Shown: piece by piece, positions 23,918 to 37,277 of the stretch
How the letters are laid out: every line of letters begins with the position of its first letter
Numbering within the stretch: position 1 is the stretch's first letter
NCBI GenBank assembly: GCA_026025075.1
Contig: JAPEUI010000041.1
Location: 62,001 to 126,000 of the forward strand
Source of the DNA: Vezdaea acicularis
Lineage: Eukaryota
Length of the DNA: 64,000 nucleotides
Reading direction: 5' to 3'
Translations under genes and position numbers: made by a program
The notes under the pieces: model-generated
What the model was told of the DNA's origin: nothing
Database searches by the model: none
Seen by the model: the letters and a program-made list of their open reading frames with translations, nothing else

Positions 23918-25268
23918 TCACGGCGCCGCCGCAGTTTCCCTCACCTGTCCATTCTCCGCCACAGCCGGCTCCGCCACGAGTGGTTTCTGCGCCGTGCCCG
24001 CATCCGCACCTACCGGCGGCGGCACGACCGAGCCTTGCTCGCCGGGCTGATGTGTCAGCGGCTCTCCCTCCTTCTTATCCGCCGCACCGTCCGTACTCGC
24101 CGGAGCTGCGGCCGCATCCACCGCCTGGGCTGGATGCTTGCTCGATTCCTCGCGCTGCCACTTCGGCGGTCTCGTCCACTCTTCTTCCTGCCAGGGCCCC
24201 ATATCGCTGAGCTGGCATCCTTTATCACACTTGCACAAGCCGCCAAACTGCTCGGGCAGATTCTCGGCCGGGATCTGGGCGAGCAGCTCTTTCTGGTAGC
24301 TGGCGCCGAGGATGTGGATTTTCTCGACGGTGACGGGGTCGAGGAAGCCCTTGACGACGCTGAAGGCGCTGCTGAAGCCCCAGGGCGCGTTGATCACGTA
24401 GAGCCGCCCGAGCCGCTCCGGGTAGTAGTTCTGGCTGATGGCGGAGGCTTGCTTGAGGTAGCCGTACACGCTCGGGATGCGTGTCACGCCGACGCCCTTG
24501 GCGTCCATGATCGTGCAGCATGTTTCGAGGAGTTGCCCGGCTTTGCGCGAGCATGCGGGCAGACGCGGGTCCGAAACTTTCTCGTACTCGACCACGAGGT
24601 TTTGGAGCATGCGCTCGGCAGTGGTTATCTTGTAGAGGGCGTTGAGGTCGATCTTGCCCAGGTGTTCAATGTACACGGGACGGCCGTCCTAGAGCGAGGG
24701 CGGTCAGCTACGGGTCGGTGGATGGTACGGGAGAGAAGGGGAGATTAAAGTACCTTGTCGGTTTTGTGGTAGTATTGCGTGTAGTATTCAAAGACTTGCG
24801 GCTTTTCGTGGTAGTCGAAGTTGCGAACCAGATCGTCGACGCCAAACTCCTTCCGCCACTTTTCGCAGTCCACGAACCTTGCCTTCGGTCAGAGCGGACC
24901 TTCCCACAACCCAAAACCCGAGAACTCGACTGATGAACTCACATCTGCTTCGCAAGGTTGACATCAAATTTCCTCGCGCGGAGAAACCGTAGCTACAATA
25001 TCCCCAAAGTCCGTTAGCGTAAGGGGCAGGCAACCTTGGGAAAACCCCTCTAAGTGCGTACCAAGGTCAAAGTATCCAGCCGTTCGGAGAAGCCCATTTG
25101 CTCCAATTGCATGCGTAGCTGGTAGACTTGCGCATCCTGCTCGGGCGTAGTGTGGCCGGGATGGCCCGGGGCGACAGTTGGGCTCGTCGTGGGGTAGTCA
25201 TAGTGATCATACTTTTCGTCGAGCTTCATAGTGGGCGCGGCCGCTTTGGGAGGAGGCGGGGCGGCCAT
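23918..25268 (-). CDS. SEC14: Sec14 phosphatidylinositol/phosphatidylcholine transfer protein (CRAL-TRIO)
   Basis: [45 protein letters not shown] and [14 protein letters not shown]. Three introns. Confidence 0.95.
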
Positions 25269-26041
25269 GATGAAGATGGGTAGGAAGGAAAGGCACGAAG
25301 AAAGTCTGAAGGGGACAGGGTAGAGTTATGAAGGGATGCTGGCTGGTAGACTTGATGTAGGAGGCAAAACAGCTACAAAAGAGAAGGAGTGTCGGTGACG
25401 AAAGGTGGGATGAATCGTCGCTTGTTGTTGTGGGAGGCTTCGCCTTTCTTGGCGAGTGCATGGACGTTGTTTCGGAAGTAGCCGCCACGTGGGGAATGGA
25501 CGAGCTACGGTTCAATAGAGCAAGCTCGACCCAGGACAAGTATTCGATTTTTTTTACCTCATCCTTTTCTACACCTATATTACAGACATTGCAATGTTCG
25601 TGATTCTTGTACCAGGCCCGCTCGCCAAGTAACCCATCAGAAACGCAGATTCAGGTATCGCTTTACACCACATTCGACCTGGTCCAGCCAGGTAAGTGGC
25701 GCTTGAATTAAAAAATACGAATAGGAGAAGAACGCCAGCCAATGATATCGAACGAGCCTGTAAGGAAGGGAATTAAAGAGTGTAATGTGAACGGTGTGTT
25801 GAGGAAGTTGAGCGGCGATCTGACGGTAGTACCTCCGAAGCTGGTGCGCATAGCGAAAAGCCACTCCCTCTCGAACCCTCCAGTCGTATGCGTCCAATCG
25901 TAAAGGTTCTCCCAGTTCTCGAGGAGTTCTTCTGTCCACACCCGTACCTACGGTCCGTAGCGTTGAGGAGAGAAGAGACCCTTCTATAATCATGTAGATT
26001 GGGAGTTGGAAATTCATGAAATTCAAGCCGGATGTAGTCAT

Positions 26042-28792
26042 TCACCATCCTTTCTTTCGTGCAAATCTCTTGTTGAGAAGAGCGAGCACCTTTGGAACGT
26101 TGAACTGCACATATTCTAGATCAAGATCCTCCTGATTATCCTTCTGCATCTCAAGCAAGTCATCGAGTTTCAGATCGAGTTCTAACAACCCGCGATTGCG
26201 ACCTGCCAATATGGTTAGTCTACGATCAAACATGAAGGAACATACGTTGCAGATCATGCAACACACCTTTGTAATGCAATGAGATGACGAAGGTCCCCGG
26301 CAAAGGTGACGTGAAGTTGAAGTAAATATTTGCTCGCCGATTGTCTGGAACATTACTCTTCTGAATGACGCCTTCCTTCTCAAGTTGGTGGTGTGTGAAC
26401 TTGTACGGACCGAGAATCTGGTGCTTCTGCTGCTTCCTAACCTTCCCTTCAGATTGGCTGCGCACGTTGTGCAGGTATGACTTGTATGTATCCAGTTGAG
26501 TAACAAGGTAGCTGTTATGATCACGAATCGTCCGGAAGACTTCATCAAGTTTCTTTGTCTCATCCACAACTTTTTCCTTCAACGATCCGAGATGTACCAA
26601 CTCCTGCTCAACCTCATCTCGAAGCATAGAGAAGCCATCTGACTTGTCGATGACGTTCAATTCTTGGAGTTGACTGAGAAGTTCCATCGCCCGGATCCCT
26701 TTGGGAACCATGAGGGCATCCTTTCTCAGCGTCGCAGCCGCCTCAGCAACCTTGTCTAGTCGGAGTGGTCTTCGTGTAACGGCATCCTTCTGCGGTAGGG
26801 ATCTCATGATCTGCACAAAAGTTGACTTGGCTTCCATGAAGTACACCTCTTCCTGTGTAATATCTAACGCGGCCGTCAAGTCATCAAGGGCTGTTTCCCA
26901 CTTGCTGTAAAGGGGCAAGTTGATCGTCCGATTTTCCTTGCGCGGCAGCTGGGCGGGCGCTGGCCCAAGTTCTTGTAGGAGCAAGTGCAGATGGGAATGC
27001 TCGTCTTTAGCCTGCCTGAGGTCAGCCAGGGGTCTAGAAGTTGTTGAGTCCAGGTGTTGTACCAGCTCAGAGTTGTGCTTTTCGAGTAAAGCATGCGTGG
27101 CATAAACTTCGTTCAGCGTAATTTGAAGCTCGAGATCCTTCTTGGACAATGCCACATAGTTGTCCATCTCGAGGCTCTCGTAGAAATCTTGAACCTCACA
27201 GAGATCGAGTAGAAACTTGTTGACGTCGTCCTTGTTCTCTTCAATGAACGGTTGCAATTTCGCCATGTACGGCTCCTTAGCGTATGACGGCTTATTGGCC
27301 AGATTCTGTAGCATCTTTGCGATCTGCAGAGGCATTAGCATTAAGAGGAGATGGCGGGAAGAAACCCGACATACATAGGTCAGTGTACGCCTCGGGTTCT
27401 CCGCTGGAGTCCCATCTATGAGCATGTACGATTTAGGCGTGACGATAGCAGGATTTATGAACCGGAGGAAGAAGAATCCACCAATGAGCGTACAAACAGC
27501 CTGGTTTGTTGCTTCGGGGTATTTTCTCTGGAGCGAGATTAGCATATCATGACTAACTTCATGGGTAGAGAGAGCGAGGCTTACCTTGGTCAAGCTTCGA
27601 ATCTGTTTACAGATCCACCTGATCCCGTAAGGAGCTTCCGCAAGACCTGCAATGATGGTGGTAAGGAACTTCTTCGCAATGCCGCTCAACTTCTCGGCTC
27701 TTTCTTCTATCAGCTCTTGAACCCTTGGGTTCTCAGCCGCTTGTTCTGCGGTCACACCCCTCGGCAAATGCTCAGGCTCGGTTCCATGGTCCTCTTCATA
27801 ACGAGTTCTCAATGACTCATACACCTTCAAAGGGTTGATCTCCAGGTCCAAGTCCTTGTATTTGATGAGGTCGTCGATGGGCTTTGCCAGGATCTGTTTC
27901 AGAAAGCTCTGACCAGGTCCCCGTCGGGTGTAAGTTGTCATCATGCGCGAGACGGGTGTGTTAGCTCTTAGGAGGGATGAATATTCAGGGGTATGATCGA
28001 ACTGGTAGGTCAACACGGACTAAGGTTAAAGCAAAAGGCGTCTGGTTAGCCTCCAGTCCTTTCTGTTCGAATGATGGGCGCTGGAATGAAAAATGCTTAC
28101 CTGGAACATGGTCAAGAGAAGATGCTCCTCACGACTTTCGTATTGGTTTCCGTAGATTGTGAACATGACGGTCTGCAAGAGCGAGTCGATCTCGGCCATG
28201 GTGACCAGCCGGCAAAGGTGTGCAATGTGTCGAGGCTCTGATTGCAAGAGGAAGAGGAGGTTGCCGTACTTCTGGGTCTTCTCATCGTTTGGGAAGAAAC
28301 CCTCTTGCAGCTCCGCTGCTTCTTCGAGATGGCTGGCAACCTCGTTTTGCTATTATCCCATCAGTGGGCTGCATTCACGGTGATCGACTCTCAACACCTA
28401 CTTCTTCCAAAGCCATCCTATTCTGAATGAGCAAAGCGATCCGTGAATCAAGATATCTGACATCCTTCTCAAGGACGAAATTCTTCTTTGACTGCGATGA
28501 AATCTTTGACTTCAGATCTCTCAGAATCTTTTGAGCTGCAGTAACGTCAGTCATGACCTTTACACATCTGACATCCCACGATCCTACCTTTGGCCAAGTC
28601 GTCATCGATATCGGAATCTTTCTCGTTCGCTGACATGGACAGATACAAGGCTGTCACCGAGTAGCGTTTCGATTGCCGGGCCGATCGCCCATCTTGTGAG
28701 TTCATGGTGCCTTGTCGAGACACCGGATTGAAGGACGATGTGGTGGAGGTCGAGTCTCGAGAGGGCGTTTGCAGCATAGTTGCAACCGACAT
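26042..28792 (-). CDS. Ras GTPase-activating protein (S. pombe Gap1/Sar1, Aspergillus GapA type)
   Basis: [13 protein letters not shown] arginine finger, [27 protein letters not shown] and a RasGAP C-terminal domain ending ARKKGW*. Many short introns. Confidence 0.92.
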
Positions 28793-30240
28793 AATAGTAG
28801 GGTCGTCCTACAGATAATGTCTGTTTTGGTAGAGGGTAACGAGCAATCTTTCGAAAGATTGGTAGCTGAACAGGAGTGTTGGTTGATTACACGATGCCAC
28901 CGACCACTGGCTAGCTGGGGTACAGGTTGCAAAACAATTCGAGTGAGCCAGAGCTTCAGGCGTTTCAGAAGAGAAAGAGACGCCACATGAGAAGATGCTC
29001 GTCAGATTTGGGACCTTCCGCGGTTTGCTGATCCGGACTTGGTGGATGTGGACGGTCCAATCGGTTGGAAAGGCTTGATTACATTCATCTAAAGAATGAC
29101 GCACTCGCAGAAAGCTTGCACAATACAGATGAGGTCTCGAAGAGCGCACCTCAGCGCAAGGCTTGTCCTGCTCAGTCCGGTGAGAATCCAAAATCACCCG
29201 TCAGTCGAGATTGCGAATGGTCCGAGTGTTCGACTCGGAGCGGATGGCGTTGCTGACAGCTCGACGTGGTGATGGGCCCGAGTGGTTGATGGCTCGTAAT
29301 CTCGGTCGGCGGTCACGGTTGGGTGCGTCGCAATCAAGTTAGGTTTCAGCCGCAGGTGGGGAGCGAGATGCGATGTAATTGCAGGCCCGCGACAGAGGAC
29401 AAAGGTAAGATGTTGGGATCCGGGCGGGGCCTTGAAAGGGTAAGGCTCGCTGTGGACGATTCCGGCGATGTGGACGGCAGTCCCGCGATGATGGCTATTG
29501 GACGTCGCAAATATCAGGAGCGGGCGACAGCGGTGATGCTGGCTGAAGTGGTCTGATTCAGATGAATGGATGGCGAGGGAGAGGGAGGAAAGAAGCTTTT
29601 GGCGGAGGAGTGCGCATTCAGGGCTTTGGCCAGATGGGTGAATTGGCAAAGAGGGGTGGAATGGGGCAGGGGATGGTGATTGGGAGGAATTAGGGAGAGA
29701 GAGGGCCAGGGCGAGGTCGAGAGGGGATGGGTGGAAACGGGCCGGCGTCGAGCGGTAGTTCGCCGCCGCACACAGGCACAAGGCACCGGCCTCGTTGCAC
29801 GCGAGCAGGGGTGGCAGCAGCACGAGATATCAGTGATCTCCGCTCGCACGTCGTCGTCTGCGCTCATTCTCATGATAGCGCTCCAACACGCGCCGATCAG
29901 GGGCGCTGTCGGTATTCGCATCGTGGTCACTCGGGACGGGGACGTGGACATAGACTTCGACCTGGACTTCGACCTGGGCCTGGGCCTACGTGAGCGACCT
30001 CTCCGCAATCTCCAGGTTTCTCCGACCGGCTCGTCGGCCAATCCGTCGCCGTCGCCGGCACCGACTAACTAACTTAGGCGCGCAGGCAGCGCACATGTCC
30101 TGCGCCGCGCAAGTCTCACCCGTGATCATTCAAGACATGCGCGCACGCCCCATCCAGGAACCAGGAACGCGCCATGGCTCTCCCTCTTCTCTCGCTTTTC
30201 TTGTGGCGTTCATCCTATCATCCCTCGTGCATCCCCGACC

Positions 30241-32336
30241 TCATCGGCCGCGACGGGACCGCTTGGCTTTGCGGCCTCCCAGCTGTTTGATGACGAAGAC
30301 ATCGCTCTCTTCGGTTTTCCCCTCACGCTCCTTGACATACGGATGAGCAGCGAGGGCCCCCGGGTCAGGTACAGCAGGCACATCGACACCAGACCCGGAG
30401 TCGGTGCCGTTCATGAAAATTTCCGCCGTTAGTGGTGGGAGAGGCAGCGCGAGACGAATGTCAGAGTTGGAGCCATGGTCTAGCTTGCCAGTCCATAGGC
30501 TGCTTCCAAATGTCGTCCCCCAGAGACGCGAAGTTTCATTCCTCAGTGACAGGTTACCAATAGCTAGGTCAGCTGGGTTTTGGCTTGATCCGGACGCTTC
30601 TGCGACGTCTTTCGGATTCCGCGCCCTCTCTATATATCCAGCCATGGCGAATGACGGACCCTGAGACGCAAAAACGTCTTTCATATCCGGCCCGTTAAGG
30701 CCTTCTTTCTTCGCCTTTCTAATCACTTCAAGCAACTCTGACAGTCGTGCGCGTACTGGGGGAGACATCGGTTGACAGGTCGTGCTCAGGCTCTTCAAGT
30801 CCATCGGCATTGACCGTGCAATACTAAGCAGGGTATGCTTTGCCATGACATATTGAACGCCGTCGTCTTCATCTCGAGCAACCCTGTCTCTCCATTCATG
30901 CACTGCCCTCAAGACAGAGAACTGGACTTTGTCAAACATGCCGGGCGTGCGCGAGAGCATGTTGTACCAACCACCTGACCCTTTCCCGGTCTTGGCATCG
31001 TAAGTGAATCGCTCATATCGTTGTAAGGATGTATCCTTAGAGTTCTGTAAGACCGTCAAGATGCGGTTCTCTTCGGGATTTTGCAAGTTGGATCTTTCTA
31101 CTAGCTCGTTCCGCATCCTGTCAAATATATAAAGGAGAAAATGGGTATCGGAGCGGGCGTAATTGAACATTTCTTCCGGTAAGGGCCGTATTCGCCAGTC
31201 AGCCATTTGATATTTCTTGTCGGCGTCAAAATTGACAAATCTAGAAAGAAGTGAGGCCAGACTTGCTTGGGGGTATCCTAGAGCCCTGGCAGCGTGATAA
31301 GTATCAAACAACCCAACCACGTAGAGACCTAAATCTCGCTGAAGCCAGACGATGTCCATGAACGCTCCGTGAAAAACCTTGATTATGCTTGGATCAGCAA
31401 ACACGACGTTCAGCGCCTGTAGCTCCGTTCTCCAAGGTTGAATTGTATCGATTATCCAATCTTGGTCACGAGTGCTTATCTGCATTAGAGAGACAATACC
31501 AATGTATGACCTATTATCGTGATGTTCCAGGTCGACCGCAATCTCCTTTGCCGCCTTCAGCTGAGTAACCATCGTCCACATCGAATCTATCGAGTCAACA
31601 AAGACGGCCTTTGTTGACTCGTAAGGTTTTGGTGGCTGAGGTTCGCACACCATATACATTGAGGGGGGGTAGTTGTAATTAGATATCTCCGTCTCATAAG
31701 GATTTCTATACTGTATTTGACCTGTTCCGTTTTCCAGCAATTCTAAACTATCCTCAAGAAGTACGGAAGCGTGGGGTTTAGACTTCAAGAGAGGTTTGAA
31801 GGGTTCGCTGCTGTGATTCTCCACCTTGGTTTGGAAGCCAAGCTGGGGTTTCCGAATGTTTTGGGTCCGAAACTCTTTTCCTAACTGACCTGGATGTTGT
31901 GTCTGTTTCGTTCTTGGTGTAGTCACCTACAGGAATCAGTATTCATGTATAGGTCTCTCTTGCGGTTCCTTACTTGGTCCCCTCCCACACTCGAATGTTC
32001 CTTGGCGACTCCCGCATATTCGTCGAGGTAGGTGTCCACTTTTTCAAGCAGGCTATCCACCACATCTACAACATCTCTCCAACTATCCTCAATACCTTCC
32101 ACAGAACGTAACTTTGGGGCCGCAATACGTGGATGAGAAGCTGCGTTGTTTAGTAATGTTTGGGCCAACGAAAGCAAACGAGCGCTTTGCTCATCGACAT
32201 GAGACCCTGTTCGAGGATCGAGAGATCGTTGAAAGGGCAAATCTTGGGCAGTGACTTTTGCCACTGCTTTAGTAGTAGAAAGCAAAGACGAAGTTATAGA
32301 GTCAGACAGCGACTGGTAGTCTGGCGCAGGTTCCAT
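30241..32336 (-). CDS. RRP6: Nuclear exosome 3'-5' exonuclease Rrp6
   Basis: PMC2NT N-terminus, DEDD-Y motifs (IAVDLEHH, HGAFMDI, YARSDTH) and HRDC domain (WRDRVAR). Intron 31927-31973. Confidence 0.93.
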
Positions 32337-33689
32337 AGCAGGGTCGGCGTTGTCAATTCTGAAGACCTGATGGCTGAAGCTTCAGATCCATTTGGATATT
32401 CTGACACCTTTGGAAAATGTATATTTGTCCTTGCATCACAAATTTTAGCGGAATCTGGCATGAAAAGGCGTCGAATTGTTTCTGCCTCGGCTCATGCACA
32501 AAATATTTAGCGAGTTGTACGCGTTGGTGTCACGCATTTTGGACTTGCTGCAACGAATCTGCTTTACAAAGACCATAATTATATACTCAACTGTGGACTA
32601 TGTCAGCATCGCTTGCTCCAGAATGCAATGAACGCAAAGAGTCTGTGAATAATCGGATTTTTCTGCATTCTGGTAACAGGACTAATTAGCCATCTAGGCG
32701 TTACGATGCGTGCTTTCTTAATTGGTACAGCGAGAGTCCGTGGTCTCTTTCGGGGTTTTTGGAATGCAAACTTACACAGACAGAATTCCTTAAAGGTAAC
32801 GCATCAAATGACGACTGTGAGCCGCTTTTTAGGCAATACAAAGCATGTCTAAATGTAAGTTGAGTTCAGCACAGCTTTCACGGTTGTTGAGTTCTCACGC
32901 GACTGCAGAAAGCACTCAAGGATAAAGGCATCGATAAATTGATCCAGGAGGCCCGAATTGACAACCAGGACAACGACGCCGAAAACATGCGACGCACATG
33001 TAATTAGGCCCTTGCACTACAATTCATACCCAAGCTGACATGATGTAAAGAACAAGAACCCAACTGTATGAATATAGTCTACTCTCTTAACCGCTCTATT
33101 CGGACCAACATCTTGAATATAACGGCGACATGAAATTGAACCAGATAGCATGAATAACACTGTGAAGACTAAAGTGATTGGAAACTGTCACAGGAAATTC
33201 TTCACCAGTGCTCCTTCAGTCACGCCTCCAGCATAGAACTTAAACTGAACTGAATCAAATTTGAGGCCTGTATCTTTGCCCAATAAGCAATCTTGGAGAT
33301 GTCATTTTCGGGAAAGCGCGCAACTGTCCCTGGCAGCTCGCTAATCCAGCCAAAGGGCAGTGGTACGTTGAAGAAATGAGAGAACCAACAAAAGCTTGCT
33401 GCACTGGCTCTCTGAGGGCGATCTAGACATCAGCTGTTCACTTGTTACCCGTAATGCACCTGACCGCCGCTCAGAATGTCGCTGAATCCCACACTTCCCC
33501 TTCAAAATCGAAATTAAGTCATACATCTTTGAAAGCTACTCCATGAATCTCTTCCCAAAGGCAATTAATCCCACAAGAAGCCGCGACGATATTTCTTGTG
33601 CCGCCGACTGTACTTTGTTATCGCACATATCTACACCCACAGATCAGGACTCAGCTTGGGAGTGATGCGTCAATGGTAGCGGCTGATTT

Positions 33690-34080
33690 ATGCACCCTTT
33701 CTCCGTCCTAACCCTCGGGATCTTTGTAGCCGGCTACATCACCGCCCGGTGGGATCTAGTAACGAGACTTTATGAGCTTGCTATATTTGCCTGGGATCAC
33801 GGAGTGGTTGTAGGTATCCCAGATTGCGCTCCCTTCTGGCGAAGCTCTATCTAATTCCATGAATTCTCAGACTCGTGCGGCCAAAGGCTTTGCCATCCTG
33901 TCGGTGTTCTTCTTTCTTTTCATCTTACCATTTGAGCGAGTCGCAGCTTGGGAAACAGCTTTAGTGAGCAAATAGTTGCCTAATACGTGGGAAGCATCGA
34001 CTAACACAATGTAGCATCCAAGATCGGGATCCGGGGGAATATCTGCGCGAGAACAATTAAGGCGAAGGGGGTCATTCTAG
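33690..34080 (+). CDS. 92-aa putative membrane microprotein, 3 exons, immediately upstream of GPI1
   Basis: Exons 33690-33809, 33871-33963 and 34015-34080. Introns gtaggt..ctaat..cag and gtgagc..ctaac..tag. Spliced product: MHPFSVLTLGIFVAGYITARWDLVTRLYELAIFAWDHGVV/TRAAKGFAILSVFFFLFILPFERVAAWETAL/HPRSGSGGISAREQLRRRGSF*. Confidence 0.75.
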
Positions 34081-34099
34081 CTTGCTTAGCAATGAGATT

Positions 34100-36421
34100 A
34101 TGGTCACAAGCGCTAGGTTGATGCGGATATTTTGGCCACTTGATGCACCTCGAAACGGCTCGCCAGGAGTTATAGTAGGTTGGCGGAACTCAAACCTAGA
34201 CGTGACGGTGGTAGCAATCCTCGAAGATGTCGATGTGAGTGCCTCAAGCCTAAGCCTTGACAAATCACTTCTGACTCTTTTCGTAGCCGCGGAGCGTCGG
34301 AGATGCTTTGCGAGCCGGCAAGCTATATCGTAACAGCCAGCACTCCATTGCCACCATTTTTTTGCTCTGCGAGAGGCAGTCTATGCAGGTTCTGGGTTCA
34401 ACAAACCCGAAGACCACGCCAGAAAGCTTCAACTCGTCCCACATATATGTCTACACCGCAGTGTCTCGGTTTCCAAGAGTATTCTGTCCCATGGAGGCTG
34501 CCGTTAGCGTACAGATGATCATGTTTGAGAGACCCCAGCCTACAAGAATGCAGTACATGTCGTTGGACCCTATACCATTGGCACTAGGCGATGATATTGA
34601 GAAACCTAATTCCATTGACGAAGCAAATGAAGGAGAACAGCAGAGGGTGGCTAAAAAGCTGGAGCTAGTTGAAAAATTAAAGCTTCACACCGTTACTAAA
34701 CATCCACCGTCTCAGAAAGAGCTTGCCCTAACCGCTATCCTAAACCAAGTTAACTGCTCAATGGAGATGAGCAGACTCTTGCACACTAATGTAGGGTTTG
34801 TGGGAGCCCGGTCTAGAAGGAGTCTTAGCGTAGGAGAACGAGTGGTTGAGTCCGCGTCAACTTTATGGGACTACATCATCTACAAGATATGGAGCTTAAT
34901 CACCGTATGGGCATACCCGACGATCCGGCAGGCCTTTTTTATCGGTCTTCTATGCCACCGAATAGTTGCAGAGGTTATCTTGACGGTTCTCGAATGGAGA
35001 GTTCGGCCGGATTACGCGGCACTGAAGGACATTTCAGCAACGGCGCAACAAGTTGACATTAGACTTCAACAATTCTGCTACTGGCCACTGCAGTATTTGA
35101 CTCTGCGCAAAAGAAAGAACACTTGGGAGAGTATCACCCACAGTCACCCGGACTATATAAGATTCTATAATAGCCTTTGGCTTGTTGCGAATGACGTGAT
35201 TATCGGCATTGCTCTTGGAGCCTACATCATTGACAACAAGTCATGGGTAGCCTTTCAGATCGACAGTATTCTCAGCACTTATACGGTCGACGGGCTTCAA
35301 CGAATGATCAATTGGCTGATGGACTGGCCGGCTGGTCTTAAGCTAAATAATGAATTGGCTGCATTCCTCGGTGATCTGTTCTTATGGGTGATAGAATATT
35401 GGGCAAGTGAGTCCGCCGTTCTCAAGCTACCCAGAGTAATACATGGCTAATTGGGATAGGTTGTGTGGCTGGTCTAAGGCCATTACTACCTCATGTAATC
35501 TTCTTCATTGGATTCTCGAGTTTTGCTGGTGCTACTATGCCAATCTCGCTTTTCTCTGACCTTCTATCCATCCTCACGCTTCATATATACTCCTTCTACG
35601 TTGCGTCTGCTCGCATTTTCAACTGGCAATTGACAATCATCATTTCGTTGTTCCATCTTTTCCGAGGCAAGAAACGTAATGTACTTCGAAACCGGATAGA
35701 TTCGTGTGACTACGACCTAGACCAGCTTCTCCTTGGAACGATTCTTTTCACCCTTCTTTTCTTCTTGCTTCCAACCGTTGCTATTTTCTATATGACTTTT
35801 GCATCAGCGCGGATGATAATCATTTCGCTCAAGGCGGCGTTGGATACATTGCTTTCATGTCTTAATCACTTCCCCCTCTTTGCATTGATGCTCCGCATAA
35901 AAGATGCGCGCAGGCTACCAGGTCAGCAGGATTTGCTCCTTAAACGCAGAAGTGAGCTGACTATTTGGGACAGGTGGAATTCAGTTTGAGCTTCAAGACG
36001 ATCATTTCCCTTCAGTCGAAGATGCTAACCTTCCACAAACATCCTACATCCGCCTCAAGGTGTGCTTTCTCTTCTACTTTCTACTTTCTAATTGCTAGCA
36101 TCTCCTTGAGCTTATGGTCAGTGCTGACGCTTCGGCTAGTCTGTTCCGCTCCCGTTCCGCTCCATGTTCCACCAATACTTCCAACTCGGCCATCGAATCC
36201 GAAAACACTACCTCTCGCCGCGAGTGATCCTCTGCCTCGCCACGGGCCGCTTCGTGCCCCCCATACATCGGCGCAACCTTTACAGCCTGCAATACAGCAT
36301 GCTACCGGCCCGAAGAGCGGGGATTGCGGAAATGTGGACGCAACTCACAACACCGAAGGCGACGACCAACGGCGTCGCAAAGAAGAGTCAGGTGTACTAC
36401 GCAAGGCGAGGGTATCACTGA
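34100..36421 (+). CDS. GPI1: GPI-GlcNAc transferase subunit Gpi1 (PIG-Q)
   Basis: MRIFWP..GVIVGW N-terminus, QQVDIRLQQFCYWP, WLMDWPAGLKLNNEL and SLFHLFRGKKRNVLRNRIDSCDYDLDQLLLGT. First intron 34235-34286. Confidence 0.93.
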
Positions 36422-37277
36422 GATAGATCAGGGGACTCGAAAACACTTTCGCGACTTGAGTCAGACCTAGTTCATGTGATTCAAAATGTTATTTCTGCCT
36501 ATCGGTGATGCGAGTCTAGACCGTTTCATAGTAGCCTGAGCTGGAGACCTCGGGCATCACCGCCATGCGACATCATCATCGGCGTCGCAATCGCCTCCAT
36601 CACTCAGCCTTCTCATCGCCATAACTACTGCCGTCCAATCATTACACTCCTCCGACCACGGTTACGCCTCTCCCGTTGCCGCTGTCAAATCCTTGTTGTC
36701 GCATGCCCTACACTGCCACCGCTCCCATTTATGCTGTCATAACCATCCCTTCCACGCGGTGCTACCGCCACCGTCACCGCTCTCCCATACTCGCGTTCCT
36801 ATCAGCAGCCGCTATTCTGGACGAAGGGCCTATGATGAAACGGTCGCTTCCCGTGCCGCAATCCTCACGCAGCAGAGCCTGCTCGCGACTACGTAGCCAC
36901 GTGTTTTGACTTCTGGTGAGGGCGGTCTGTGCATACGAACTGCCGAGGCGTGGGCCGTAGTTCCGCGGGTATTGGATCTGGTGCCTGGGACCTGTAGAGG
37001 ATGTGGGGATGGCAGAGTAGTGGAGTAGTGGGTAAGCGTATGCATACATAGTATGGGGAACTTTGAGGTTATTGATTCTCTTTTAGGGCTCGAGTCACGA
37101 ACTCGAGCCCTGGAGTACATTTTTACAAGAAAATTTGATGAAAATCCCTGTACTGTCTTCCTAGAGTATGCCCGCGTCCTCCGCGCCATGCAGATACCTA
37201 AAGTCCACAATTTCGCATGCTAAACGTATGCTAAGATACCAAAATGTCACCAGGAGAACGCCGCACCTTTATGCTCG

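Noticed and set aside
25637..26041. 134-aa ORF starting in frame immediately after the RasGAP TGA
   Set aside because: No recognisable domain and no strong readthrough context; most likely 3'UTR.
28800..30100. ORFs and a short gacttcgacctg duplication upstream of RasGAP
   Set aside because: Consistent with promoter/5'UTR; no coding signature.
26042..36421. Functional clustering of RasGAP with GPI1 (Ras-Eri1-GPI link in yeast)
   Set aside because: Proximity alone in a gene-dense region, with RRP6 in between, is not evidence.
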